Assembly: GCA_963422735.1 (NCBI GenBank)
Contig: OY730476.1
Coordinates: 3,424,001-3,488,000, forward strand
DNA from: Candidatus Latescibacterota bacterium
GTDB lineage: Bacteria > Latescibacterota > UBA2968 > UBA8231
Direction of reading: 5' to 3'
DNA: 64,000 nt
Shown here: positions 19,325-29,742 of the stretch, piece by piece
How positions within the stretch are numbered: position 1 is the first letter of the stretch
How the letters are laid out: the number at the start of each line of letters is the position of its first letter
Notes under the pieces: generated by a model
The model's input: only the letters and a program-made list of their open reading frames with translations
Databases searched by the model: none
Told to the model about the DNA's origin: nothing
Position numbers and translations under genes: made by a program

Positions 19325-20086
19325 ATGACCGGCAGACCCTACATCCTCGCCGAGACCAATTGGCAGACCGTGGCGCAAACCCCTTACGAGGTGGCGGTCC
19401 TCCCGTGGGGGGCGACTGAAGCCCACAATTACCACCTGCCCTATTCGACCGATATAGTGCAGTGCGATGAAATCGTCGCGGCCGCGGCTCGCATCGCTTG
19501 GGAGCAAGACGCCAAGGTCATCGTCTTGCCGACAGTGCCCTTTGGAGTCAACACCGGCCAGCTCGACATCAAGCTGGATCTCAATCTCAATCCCTCGACC
19601 CAATTCGCCGTCCTGCAAGACTTGGTCGAGGTACTCGCCCATCAGGGCATTCCCAAACTGCTCATTGTAAACGGCCACGGCGGCAACGACTTCAAGCAGA
19701 TGGTGCGGGAGCTTTTGCCACGCTCCGCGATGTTTATTTGCTGCATGGATTGGTACCGCATCGCCGATAAGGAGCTTTTCGCGGCTGGCGGCGACCACGC
19801 CAACGAAATGGAAACCAGCCTCATGCAGCACTTGCGGCCGGATTGGGTCTTGCCCCTGTCGGAGGCTGGCTGCGGCCGCGAGCACAAGTTTAAGATCACC
19901 GCACTGCGGGAAGGCTGGGTCTGGACCCAGCGCGATTGGACGCAGGCGACCGACGACACGGGCATCGGCGACCCGCGCCAAGCCACCCCGGAAAAGGGCC
20001 GCCGCTGCTTGGAGCAAGTGGCAGCCCAACTCGCCGGATTTTTGGTCGAATTGGCCGCCGCCGACCTAGGCGGTCTTTATGAGTAG
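19325..20086 (+). CDS. creatininase family protein
   Basis: 'LPWGATEAHNYHLPYSTD', 'NGHGGN', 'HANEMETS'. Confidence 0.92.
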   Translation: MTGRPYILAETNWQTVAQTPYEVAVLPWGATEAHNYHLPYSTDIVQCDEIVAAAARIAWEQDAKVIVLPTVPFGVNTGQLDIKLDLNLNPSTQFAVLQDLVEVLAHQGIPKLLIVNGHGGNDFKQMVRELLPRSAMFICCMDWYRIADKELFAAGGDHANEMETSLMQHLRPDWVLPLSEAGCGREHKFKITALREGWVWTQRDWTQATDDTGIGDPRQATPEKGRRCLEQVAAQLAGFLVELAAADLGGLYE

Positions 20087-21149
20087 GGCCGTGCAGTTCT
20101 ACGCGTTCGTCGCCCCCGGGCTAGAGGAGATCGCCCAACGAGAAATCGCGGCGCGTTTGGGGGCCGAGCGACAGAGCCAGCAGCGCGGCGTGGTGTTCTT
20201 TGCGACGGACGCTCCGCCGCAAGCCTTGCTCGGATTGGGGACGACCGAGGATGTGTTCGCGTTGGTGGCGTGCGGCCCAGTGGCTGCGGCGCGGGAGGGC
20301 TTGACAGAGGCTGGCGCACTCGTCGCGGAGTCGCCGCTTTTTGAAGAGGCCGTGGGCGCGCATCGCCGCGCTCGCCCTAAGCGGATCAAGCGCATCACCT
20401 ACCGGATCGTGGCCCAGCGTCGCGGCGGGCAGCAGCGCTATGTGCGCCAAGAGATGCGCCGCGCTTTGCAGCGGGCCATCGCTTGGCGTTTCCCGCGCTG
20501 GAAGCACGTGGCCGAGCAAGCGCTGTTGGAGGTGTGGGGTTTGGAGACTGCGGGCCAGTTGCTCTGCGGGGTGCGGCTTTCCGACGAGACCATGCGCCAC
20601 CGCACCTATAAGGTGGCGCAAGTGGAGGCTTCGTTGCGGCCGACGGTGGCGCGGGCCTTAGTGATGCTATCTGAGCCAGCAGACGGCGACGTCTTTCTCG
20701 ACCCCATGTGCGGGGCTGGGACCATTCTCATTGAGCGGGGGCTGTACGGTCGCTACGCTCAGCTCCTAGGCTGCGACATTCGCCCGGCCGCTGTGGCTGC
20801 TGCCCGCACGAATATCGGCCCGCGTTACAAGCCGATCGCCATCCGCGAATGGGATGCGCGGGATTTGCCTTTGGACGAGGGCAGCGTAGATCGGGTGGTG
20901 TGCAATCTGCCCTTTGGCAAAAAGATCGGCGAGCCGCAAGTGCTGCGTGCGCTCTACGAGGGCTTTGCCGGCGAGGTGGCAAGGGTGCTAAGAGCTGGTG
21001 GAGTGGCCGTGTGCCTGACCAGCGAGCGCACCCTGCTGGCCGAAGCATTCGGCGCATGGCCCGCGCTGTACATGGAGCGCGTGTGCCCGGTCGAAGTGCT
21101 GGGACAGCAGGCATTTTGTTGTAAATTGAAGAAGCGCGCTGAATGTTAG
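20079..21149 (+). CDS. THUMP-domain SAM-dependent RNA methyltransferase (TrmN/Trm14-like)
   Basis: 'PGLEEIA', 'ASLRPTVA', 'LDPMCGAGTI', 'NLPFG'. Confidence 0.85.
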   Translation: MSRAVQFYAFVAPGLEEIAQREIAARLGAERQSQQRGVVFFATDAPPQALLGLGTTEDVFALVACGPVAAAREGLTEAGALVAESPLFEEAVGAHRRARPKRIKRITYRIVAQRRGGQQRYVRQEMRRALQRAIAWRFPRWKHVAEQALLEVWGLETAGQLLCGVRLSDETMRHRTYKVAQVEASLRPTVARALVMLSEPADGDVFLDPMCGAGTILIERGLYGRYAQLLGCDIRPAAVAAARTNIGPRYKPIAIREWDARDLPLDEGSVDRVVCNLPFGKKIGEPQVLRALYEGFAGEVARVLRAGGVAVCLTSERTLLAEAFGAWPALYMERVCPVEVLGQQAFCCKLKKRAEC

Positions 21150-21203
21150 ATCGGCGAATGAGGCATCACATTACGGACTTTCCTAAATAAGGACTGTTTA
21201 ATC

Positions 21204-21267
21204 AGTGGTTAGTGGTTAGTGGTTAGTGGTCCGTTCCATCCGCCCCCTTGGCGACGGGCCCCGGAAC
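21204..21267. repeat. heptamer element B (one arm)
   Basis: AGTGGTT x3 + AGTGGT followed by core CCGTTCCATCC, similar to element C. Confidence 0.8.
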
Positions 21268-21397
21268 ATTGACGCGGGGGACCGCGCTGGTCCGGACGAG
21301 GGCTACGGGCCAGCCGAGTGATACCACCTACATGAAACCGGAATCCCCAACCGTACACTAGGAAATTCCGTCACATTACAAACACAAGGAGCTTGTC

Positions 21398-22186
21398 ATG
21401 GCTGATTTTACGGGCCAAGTAGTTATCGTAACCGGCGGTGCCAAGGGCATTGGCGCGGGGATTTCGCGGGCGTTCGCCGGCCAAGGAGCGCAGGTTGCAG
21501 CGTTGGACATAGACGCGGAGGCTGGCGTAGCCTTGGCCGAGGAAGAGAGCCAGATCCGCTTTTTTGAGGCCAACGTGGCCAGCGACGAGGTTTGCGCCCA
21601 GACTGTGGGACAGATCATCGACGATTGGGGCCGCATCGACGTGTTGTGCAACAACGTCGGCATCCAGCCCGTGCCCAGCTATCTGCCGGCCCACGAGCTG
21701 CCGGTGGAGATGTGGGACCGGATCATTGACGTCAACCTGAAGAGCTTCTTCCTGATGGCTAGGCACTGCCTGCCGCAGATGATGGAACAGCGCAAGGGGG
21801 TCATCATCAACACGGCCAGCGTCCAGGGCTTGCAGTCGGCTTCGATGGTTTCGGCCTATGCCGCCAGCAAGGGCGGGATTATCTCCTTGACGCGGCAACT
21901 CGCGCTCGACTACGCCCAGTACGGGATCCGGGTCTTAGCGGTCAACCCAGGGGGCATCCAGACGCCGCTAGTCGATGAGGTTATCGAGGCATTCGGCCAT
22001 GAGCGCGAACAATTCTTCAAGGGGTACGCCAAGATCCATCCGATCGGCCGCTATGGCCAGCCCGAAGACATCGCCAACGCCATGTTGTTCTTAGCCAGTG
22101 ACAAGGCATCGTTTATGACTGGCGAGAACGTCTGCGTCGATGGCGGGCTGATGGCTAAGGGGGCGTGGGCTGAGGTCGAGGAGTGA
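21398..22186 (+). CDS. short-chain dehydrogenase/reductase
   Basis: TGGAKGIG, NNVG, YAASK. Confidence 0.93.
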   Translation: MADFTGQVVIVTGGAKGIGAGISRAFAGQGAQVAALDIDAEAGVALAEEESQIRFFEANVASDEVCAQTVGQIIDDWGRIDVLCNNVGIQPVPSYLPAHELPVEMWDRIIDVNLKSFFLMARHCLPQMMEQRKGVIINTASVQGLQSASMVSAYAASKGGIISLTRQLALDYAQYGIRVLAVNPGGIQTPLVDEVIEAFGHEREQFFKGYAKIHPIGRYGQPEDIANAMLFLASDKASFMTGENVCVDGGLMAKGAWAEVEE

Positions 22187-22237
22187 GAGAGCCGGGTTTG
22201 TCGCGTGAGTAGTTCAGCGAAGAAGAATATATCTATA

Positions 22238-22362
22238 GGCCCGGCCAATTGTTCGCCCATTACTTCCTGACCGACGGCATAAAGGCCACGGCTGAGTGGC
22301 AAGCGTCTCTCGCTCAGTCCGAGGCGTTTGTCGCGTTTAGGGACGGCATTGCCCGGTGCTGT
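22238..22362 (+). pseudogene. possible N-terminal remnant of a type IIG restriction-modification enzyme
   Basis: translates 'PGQLFAHYFLTDGIKATAEWQAS...FVAFRDGIAR'; no intact start; resemblance from memory only. Confidence 0.35.
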
Positions 22363-22448
22363 GACGCTGATTGACCCCTTCCTACTTTCCCTGAAACATC
22401 GCGTATATTCGAAGCGTAATAAAACTACAGGATTAATGGATGGAATCA

Positions 22449-23065
22449 TGGAGGTTATTGTGCATAATGCTTATGACCTCAAATATCTGTCTTCAAGGGA
22501 TATAAACTATAATCCTGCGCTCTCAAAAGATTGGATCAGGCTCCTAAAGGCCAATGGAACGATTTATGTCTTTGTGGGATTCCGGTTTATTTCCTCTCTT
22601 TACGATGTCCTAGATAGTTCGGAATGTTCTTCAATAGCTGGATTGTGCGGCATTATACGCAAGAGACAGGTAAAAAGAGAGGCTTCTATCCTCGCCACGA
22701 CGATATTCTAATGTTCACAAAAAAAGAATTTATTTTTAATTTGGATGATATTCGCGTACCCCAAAAATATTACCGTGAATGTAACAACATGCGAGGGGCA
22801 AATCTAGGCGACGTTTGGGAATTTTCTCACGTTCACTACTGTAATGAGAATAGACAGAATCACCCAACTCAAAAACTGGAAGGGCTAATGGGGCTAATGA
22901 TATTAACTTCAAGCAATGAAGGATCGCTAGTTCTAGACCCATTCTTGAGGTAGTGGAACGACACTCAGGGTATGTCAACAACTCAATCGAGTCGGTGTCG
23001 GAATTGAATTGAACCCTGACTACGTAAAATGTCGAAAGAACGCTTGCAGAAAGAAAATGTGATTA
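22449..23065 (+). pseudogene. site-specific DNA methyltransferase (N4/N6, beta class), fragmented
   Basis: 'RLLKANGTIYVF', 'DVWEF', 'HPTQK', 'VLDPF' then frameshifted 'GSGTT...GIELNPDY'; AT-rich; DPPY motif lost. Confidence 0.85.
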
Positions 23066-23312
23066 ACGACTAATATACCTAGTGCGGCCTCTTTTTCCGC
23101 ATCGGCTTCGACTGCAATGGGATATACTAGCGGCAGGTTGTTCGTGGCGGCGGCTGGCAACGCCTCGTTCAAGCTCATCAGAGCCGTCAAGATCAAACAA
23201 ATCTTCTTCGTTCCCATGTGATAGGTCTTTCTTCTTGGAAGAGGGGAAATCCATTCCATCGGCGAGGGGCTGGAAGTCCATGGGGATACTCGTTGTTGTC
23301 TCCAGCAGGGCC

Positions 23313-23360
23313 GCATCCTTTTGTGGACGAAGGCTTCGGGGCCTGTCCGCAAAAGGATGC
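23313..23360. terminator. long hairpin downstream of the M6 protease gene
   Basis: 16-bp arms GCATCCTTTTGTGGAC/GTCCGCAAAAGGATGC (one G-U pair). Confidence 0.6.
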
Positions 23361-23436
23361 TTGGCTAGCGGCGCGGTTCGTCTGCGCCGCCAGCTTCTTC
23401 ACGGGCTACCCGCGGCCAAGACTCGGCCTGCTTGGT

Positions 23437-25928
23437 TCAAGCGCTAGGTCGATGGACGTTCAGTTGGAGTGCGTAGGTGTCGGTATCGCCATCGGCATCG
23501 CGCACCGTCCAGCGAATCCCACATCGTCCGGCTGCCCTCGGCGTTCCACTGACCGACGAGGCTGTAACCGTTAAGCCGACGCAGGAGCCGCTGACGGAGT
23601 AGCGCAACGATCCGTTTCCGCCGCTGGCCGACGGCCGACTAAAACTGAAGTACTGTCCGACGATGGCTCCTCTGGACGTGCCCGACGAAGCGAACGTAGG
23701 CGTGGTATCGGCAGCGACGGAGATTTGCAGTGCGTAAGTGTCGTCGTCGCCGTCGGTATCCCGTACCGTCCACGTAATCCCGCATTGTCCGGCTGCCCTC
23801 GGCTGTCCACTGACCGACGAGGCTGTAACCGTTAAGCCGGCGCAAGAGCCGCTGACCGAGTACGTCAACGGCGCGTTGCCACCTTTGGCCGACGGCCGGG
23901 TGAAACTGAAATACTGGCCTATGATGGCGTCCTTGGACATGCGCGACGAGGTGAACACCGGTACGAGATCCTCATCGGCGTCGCGCAACGTCACCGTCGC
24001 CTGCGAGGGCCTACCGACCGTTACCCCCGAAGGCAGCAGCGTCCCAAACGACAGCGTTACGGTCTCGTCGGCGCTATCGTCGTCCTCGTTGGCTGTCAGC
24101 GTAAACGACTGCGACGACGAGCCAGCCGCAAACGACAACCACACCGTCCCATCTTTCAGACCCGCCACCGCGTAGTCGCCCGCTTCGGTGCCCGCATCCG
24201 CCGACACTTGCACCGGAATATGCACCGCCTGCGACGGCACCGGCGACAGCGACACCGTGATCAAGACCCCAGCACCCCCTTCGGTCACCTTATACGAGGC
24301 CGACCCAAACGACACCACTGAGGACCGCTGAGGCGGGGCCATGTCGATGTCCACTGTCATCATGTCGGTGGCGCGATCGTAGGTTATGTTGGTAAGTGCC
24401 AAGTCCAAGCGGTTCGGGTCCCGGTTTCTGCCGAGGCTGGGAGATGTTCCATTGCTTTTAATGCTATGATTGGTTGCTTGACGCAAACCGACTTGGCCTG
24501 TCAAGGCATTGACCGCCGTGACCTTATCCCGCCCGGGAAACGGATCGGAGAGCATGTCTTGGTATTCTTGTGTGCTCGGACGTTGCTGCTTGTCCCGAGC
24601 GTCTCGGTAGCGCCTTTCGTCGGCGACGATCAGAATAGGTCGCTCTTCCCCTCGAAACTCTCGACGCCAAATCATCAAGCCTTGCCCTTCGTTGCCCGGT
24701 GCGGCGTAGTCGTAGAACGCGAGGTAGCGTCCGCCAAACGGCTGCGTCGTGCGGCGATTGAGTAGATAGGAAACCCCGCCGCGGTCAATCCGATGCGTCG
24801 TCCCCGCCGCGATGGCGTAGTCATCCTGACTGCCAAGGATCTCGGTCGGCGTGAGCCAGCCGAGGTCCATCCGATAGAAGGGATTGATCGGATTGGGACA
24901 GGAACGGTAGCCTACATAGTAGCCGTCGTCTTCCGATCTCGGCCCCTGTTCGCCCCCACCTTGCATCAACGTCCACCCCAGCATGTTGGCTCCCCTCGCA
25001 TTGGTATAGCCCGCCGTGCCCGGCACGTAGCGATTATCTGTTGCAACCCAACTCCCCTCACCATGCTCAAGCCCTAGCAGATGGCCGATTTCATGGGCGT
25101 GCGTGCCGATCCCGGCGAACTCGTCGATGTCATAGTCGTTGTTGCCCCAGCCTTGGCGCTCACCCATCACGTAGCGGTAGCCGACGCTTTCGGGAAACCG
25201 TGCCTTTGGAATGGACGATGTAGTCGCATCCACTTGCGGATGCAGCAGACCGTAGTTGTCATAGGTGGCCCCTGAATACAGGTAAACTACCTTATGACGC
25301 AAGCGGCGAGCGGTGTCATAAGAGTTATTAGGGAGGTCGTACTCATTCGTGTGCGGATACCACCCATCCACCGCGGCCTGCGCCGCCGCATACGCGTCGT
25401 CCCAGAACCAGTCCCCCATGAGTCTGGTTGAGCCACCTGGCCGCTGAGTCATATCATTTATCTTAATCTCGGCATAATGGGCCTTGGTTTCCGGCAGTTC
25501 CACCCAGCGGGGATAGCCTTGATCATCGGCCGGATTGATCATGCGCACATGCAGTTGGAACACCCCGTTGGACACCGAATCGTAGTACGCCCGCACACTG
25601 CCGAACACCTCCGGCAGCGTATGGCCTTGGTGCCGACAAAATCCGGCAGGCCGTCATAGCCGCCGCTGAACAGCCGCTCAAAATCGCGCAGCGTATAACT
25701 GGAATCAGGGTCAGGATACGCTCCGCCGTCATTGGATCCGTGAGGCCGGTCCTGGAGGTGATAGTCGTATCCGTCCGCTGACGTGGTCGCATCTTGGAAG
25801 GTGACCAGCACCACATCCAGCGTACAGGGCGAAACCCAACTAAGAGCCGAACCGCGCGCCTCGACCGCAGACATACCGAGCGTCTGTATCAGGACGATAG
25901 CGAGGAATGCGTATATAGAGTGCATCAC
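23437..25928 (-). pseudogene. secreted M6-family (immune inhibitor A-like) metalloprotease with Calx-beta and two Ig-like repeats; frameshift near 25620
   Basis: signal peptide and 'VVLVTFQD' in ORF 25539-25928; 'GSVRAYY', HEIGHLLGLEH, 'WTLMQGG' in ORF 23437-25608; GGAGGAGG RBS. Confidence 0.8.
23455..23960 (-). repeat. intragenic 261-bp (87 aa) tandem domain duplication
   Basis: 'GQYFSF.RPSA.GGN..L.YSVSGSC.GLTVTASSVSG.PRAAG.CGI.WTVRD.DGD.DTYALQ' occurs twice; matching DNA at 23469 and 23730. Confidence 0.9.
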
Positions 25929-26734
25929 TGAGCCTCCTCCTTGATCTGACCCCAGGACAACGACGAGGTGCTCGTGGGGGTCAACAGGTCTTCATACTCC
26001 ACCGTGCGTCCTCCTAAGACCGCCCGGCGGAGGAATGTGAGGTTTTTGAATATTCTCTCATGCCCCCAGCTCAGCCCTCAACCACATCCGTTGCAACCGT
26101 AGCTCTTGACAAACGCACAGTTCTGACCTACTGGCTCAGTATGAAAGTAGAACGAATAAAAACCCACAGGGTCGGAAAACACTCTCGTCGTAACCAAGGT
26201 GTCTCCGCCGTAGGTCAAGGTGAAGAGGCTTTTGAGGTCGGAGCCGTCTGGATAATCGAGGTGATCAAGTCCGCTGGTCAAGACGGTGTAGCCGGCGGCG
26301 TCAGCCCCGTCGAAGCGAAACATAGACTGCTCGCCATCGGCGGTGCGCTCCATCAGGTGCGTCCCCTCCCAGCGTAGCTTCTTGCCGGCGATGAAATGCG
26401 GCGGGGCCGGCGGCCAGTTGGCCGGCATGTCGCTGATCACGTAATACGTCTTGCCGTCGATGACCTCCGTGCGCAATACCTCTATGGTGAAGAGGGGGAA
26501 ATTGGAAGATTTATCGAGGGGTGCCTCTAGAAAGTACACGGGATATAGGGAGATAAGTCTGTCCTCAAAACCAAAAGGACCCTGGTTATCGTAAGAATGG
26601 CGGTAGGTCCACGAGTTGCCCACGGCCAATGGCAGGTAATCGGCCACCTCGTCGTCGGTGGCGGCGGCTGGCTGCACTCCGCTCAGGCTGAGCAGCACCG
26701 CTAAGATCAAGCAAGTCCTCTTTTTCGCTTCCAT
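25925..26734 (-). pseudogene. secreted protein with C-terminal SWGQIK motif, interrupted by in-frame TGA at 26078-26080
   Basis: AAGGAG RBS, signal peptide, 'YLPLAVGNSWTY'; frame stays open 50 codons past the TGA to 'SLSWGQIKEEAQ*', whose stop overlaps the next ATG. Confidence 0.75.
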
Positions 26735-26931
26735 GATAGGTCTCCTTGGTGAGCGATGAGAAATCCGTTCCAGCGGCGAGGAGCCGACCCGAGACGGAAT
26801 GGGAAGGGTACTCAACGACAATACCCCTATGTCGTGCGGCCTCCTTTTCCGCACCGGCTTCGACTTCGACGATAGATAAGCATCTTCCGTGCCAACGAGT
26901 AGGCTACGCACCAAAAAAGTCTTCCCAAGTA

Positions 26932-27225
26932 CCCTAAAGAATTGAAAAACAGGAATTTAAAAAGGTAGGAGGAATTCTCCTACGCTTCGTTGAGCCGCCG
27001 TCGTTGCTCGGTATATGAACCACCTTTTGCTCCTATCAAACCACCTTCTGTTCCCTTGCACCACGTTTTGTGCATTTCGTGCCAGCTATCCGACCGCACA
27101 CACAAAAATCCTTTAGGAATGCCCTAAAGGATTGAAAAACGTGAATCTTACAAATGTAGAAGGGAGTTTTTCTACACTGCGCCGCTCAGCCGTTGGTGCT
27201 TGTCACTTGAACAACGTTTTGTGCA
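26932..27225. repeat. diverged ~100-bp direct repeat pair (period 190 bp) with internal hairpins
   Basis: CCCTAAAGrATTGAAAAAC...GTAGrAGG...yCTAC at 26932 and 27122. Confidence 0.7.
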
Positions 27226-27360
27226 TCGGGGCCGCGCTTCCCAAGCCGCTAAGACGACCACGCATTTCCCACGCGCTGACGTGACTGACATCTGACCATC
27301 GCCTTTTTTGGGCCGCTATTGATTCCCACAACCATCAACTGACACTGGGATGCACAAACC

Positions 27361-27531
27361 ATGACCGTTGAAGACCCCCTTTTTTATCTCAAGTTGCACG
27401 GATGGTGCCTCATCGAAAACGTCATCCCTGAAGCGGCAGTCAATGGGGTGCGGCAAAGTATCGAAGTCACCGCAGCCGGGTACGCCCGAATGCCAGCGTC
27501 TCGCCGAGGAACTCCGCCCTATTGCCCATAG
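27361..27531 (+). pseudogene. N-terminal fragment of a PhyH-family dioxygenase
   Basis: 'MTVEDPLFYLKLHGWCLIENVIPEAAVNGVRQSI', then similarity is lost and a stop follows. Confidence 0.6.
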
Positions 27532-27648
27532 AGGTCTATCGGGCGTTGCCCGAAGATGCGAAACCGCTGTTGCACCATTGGGTGCGGCCATAGCCCTGTA
27601 GAACGGGGACGTGCCCAGGCGTTGGTGCTTCTTGAGCCTAATGAGTAG

Positions 27649-27770
27649 GAGATGCTTCGCCTCCACTCCGTTGCGGCTCAGCATGACAGACCGAGAGCTG
27701 CCCACTTTAGTCATGCTGAGCGGAGTGCAACGGAGGTCACGCCTAACGGCGCGGTGAAGCGAAGTATCTC
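27649..27770. repeat. REP-like nested palindrome
   Basis: GAGATGCTTCGC...GCTCAGCATGAC / GTCATGCTGAGC...GCGAAGTATCTC inverted arms. Confidence 0.8.
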
Positions 27771-27793
27771 ATACCAGCACGACAGGCCGGGAG

Positions 27794-29713
27794 TTACATG
27801 TTCGTCAGCCAGCGCCCTTTTTCCGCGGTCAGCGCATAGATCGCGCCCCATACCCCCGAGACGGAAACCTCGCCCAAAATCAACCCCAGAAAGAACGGCT
27901 TGGCGTTCTGGAACAGGCGCACGCCGCCAAAGCGGACGATGACCAGCTTCAGGAGCCAAGCAATCAGGGCCGAGAACCAGATTTGACTCGTCAGCCAGCC
28001 CACGGCAATGGCAAAGCCAACCGGGTGCAAGGGCCACCAAAACCACCGGTGCTGCGCCCATATTAGAAAGCCCTCCACAGCCGCGCCAATCCCCTTGAAG
28101 AGCCAGCCGCGCATGTTGGCCTCGGGCATGTTGAGGATGGTCGGGCCGATGTAGGGCCAGCCGTGGGCACCAGCCCAGTCGATCAGCGACAGATTAATCG
28201 CTCCATAGGTATAGGCTAGCGTCAAAGTCATGTAAGCCGCGGCCAAAAGGCTGCACACCAGTGCCAGCATCAGGCCCCAAAACAGCCGCGTCTTGGGGCC
28301 GGGGATCAGCTCGGCAAGTTTGAGGCCGTTGGCGCAGGCGACCATTGGCGAGGTGCGCGATTCGCCCTGCCAAATAAAGGTGAAGTTGAGGGCGACCAAG
28401 CCCTTGGCCCCGAGGACTGAGGTGCCCAAACCCGAAATGATGAAGTACGCCGGGACAATGGGGCTGCGGGCGGTGGCTACGCCGCCGGTGGCCACTACGC
28501 GCGCGACCAAGATGAAGAAGAGCAGACTAACGATGAGCAGGAGCGGGAGCATCCCAATGGGCACCCCCGAACGCCAGAGCCAAACGGCGACGAAGAGTAA
28601 GCTGCCCAAAAAGCCGACCAAGGCCGTGCGATAGCTGAGTAACTCCTCGCTGTCATCGACGCCGCCGTGCGGGTTCCAGAGTTTGCGTACGACTTCTTTG
28701 AGATGGGGCCGGGCGGTCCACAGTCCACATAGTACCAATACAATGACCGCACCGGTGGCTTGATGGGTCAGATCGGCTGGCTGCGAGTACTCGTACGCGC
28801 TCAGGCGCTCGGTGCTGGCGATGCCCAAAGTCTTGAAGACCCCCTCCTCTACCTTGGAGAAGACATAAAAAAACCAGATGCTAAACGCGATCTCCAGATT
28901 GACCAAGTAGAAGAAGCCGACCCAAGCTAGGTTGAGCGCAATCGGCAGGTGCAAGGTCTGATTGAGGAGGGAAAAACGGCCACTGGGGCGGTATTCGGGC
29001 ACGAGTGGGAAGTAGTGGTTGAGGGCGTTGAGACTGAGCAGGATAAAAGGCACGGCAAACCCCAGCCACATTCGCTGATCCTTAAAAAAAGAAGCCACGC
29101 ACACATTGGCGTCTTTCTCAATCATGTTCTGCGGTAGCTGGACCATGGGATAGGTCAGCCGCTCGTGCATTGACCACTGGCGGTGGAGGATGGCACTCAG
29201 GCAGATCAGCATGAAGCTCATGGCCACGATCAAGGCCAGCCAGTAGGCCATCGGCTCCACCCAGACGCCCCACGGGATGGCTTCGCCCTGCGGCAGACCC
29301 TCGTAGTAATTCTTGATGGCCTCAAAGTCCTGCGGCGCGATCCACGAGGGGATAAAGTCGTAGAACAGCTCGGCGTAGTTGTTTTCTGGGGTGGCGTAAT
29401 AGAAGGGATAGACAATGGTACCAATGAGGAAGAACATCAGGCCCCAAGTCGGCACAGTGACCGCCATCAGCAGCATGCAGTAAATCAGGACGAGATCGGC
29501 TTTGGACAGGGCGAAATGGCGGCCGATAAGGGCCACGAACCCATTGACGGCAAAAGTCAGGACAAAAAAGAGAAAGAGGGCACCCGGCGAAGAGGGATTG
29601 AAGCCGACCCAATAGTAATTGAATACGACCCCATACGGGGCGAGCAGCCCCACCGCTAGGGAGAGGGCTATGCCGGTTAGCAGTCCCTTGATGCTAAAAG
29701 GCGATTTGGGCAT
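27794..29713 (-). CDS. DUF6785/DUF6784-type multi-pass membrane protein (putative transporter)
   Basis: about 16 hydrophobic segments; 'YYATPEN', 'RQW..HERL.YP', 'WWPLHPVGF', 'PFFLGLILGE'. Confidence 0.8.
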   Translation of the reverse strand: MPKSPFSIKGLLTGIALSLAVGLLAPYGVVFNYYWVGFNPSSPGALFLFFVLTFAVNGFVALIGRHFALSKADLVLIYCMLLMAVTVPTWGLMFFLIGTIVYPFYYATPENNYAELFYDFIPSWIAPQDFEAIKNYYEGLPQGEAIPWGVWVEPMAYWLALIVAMSFMLICLSAILHRQWSMHERLTYPMVQLPQNMIEKDANVCVASFFKDQRMWLGFAVPFILLSLNALNHYFPLVPEYRPSGRFSLLNQTLHLPIALNLAWVGFFYLVNLEIAFSIWFFYVFSKVEEGVFKTLGIASTERLSAYEYSQPADLTHQATGAVIVLVLCGLWTARPHLKEVVRKLWNPHGGVDDSEELLSYRTALVGFLGSLLFVAVWLWRSGVPIGMLPLLLIVSLLFFILVARVVATGGVATARSPIVPAYFIISGLGTSVLGAKGLVALNFTFIWQGESRTSPMVACANGLKLAELIPGPKTRLFWGLMLALVCSLLAAAYMTLTLAYTYGAINLSLIDWAGAHGWPYIGPTILNMPEANMRGWLFKGIGAAVEGFLIWAQHRWFWWPLHPVGFAIAVGWLTSQIWFSALIAWLLKLVIVRFGGVRLFQNAKPFFLGLILGEVSVSGVWGAIYALTAEKGRWLTNM

Positions 29714-29742
29714 GTCCGGGCCGGCGAGCTTAGTCGAGTACC

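Noticed and set aside
23437-26734. Diversity-generating retroelement (template/variable repeat pair)
   Set aside because: Repeat differences are not adenine-specific and no reverse transcriptase is present.
26932-27240. Cas12a-like repeat (TCTAC/GTAGA) mini-array
   Set aside because: Stem order is reversed relative to Cas12a repeats, the units are diverged, and the 190-bp period is too long.
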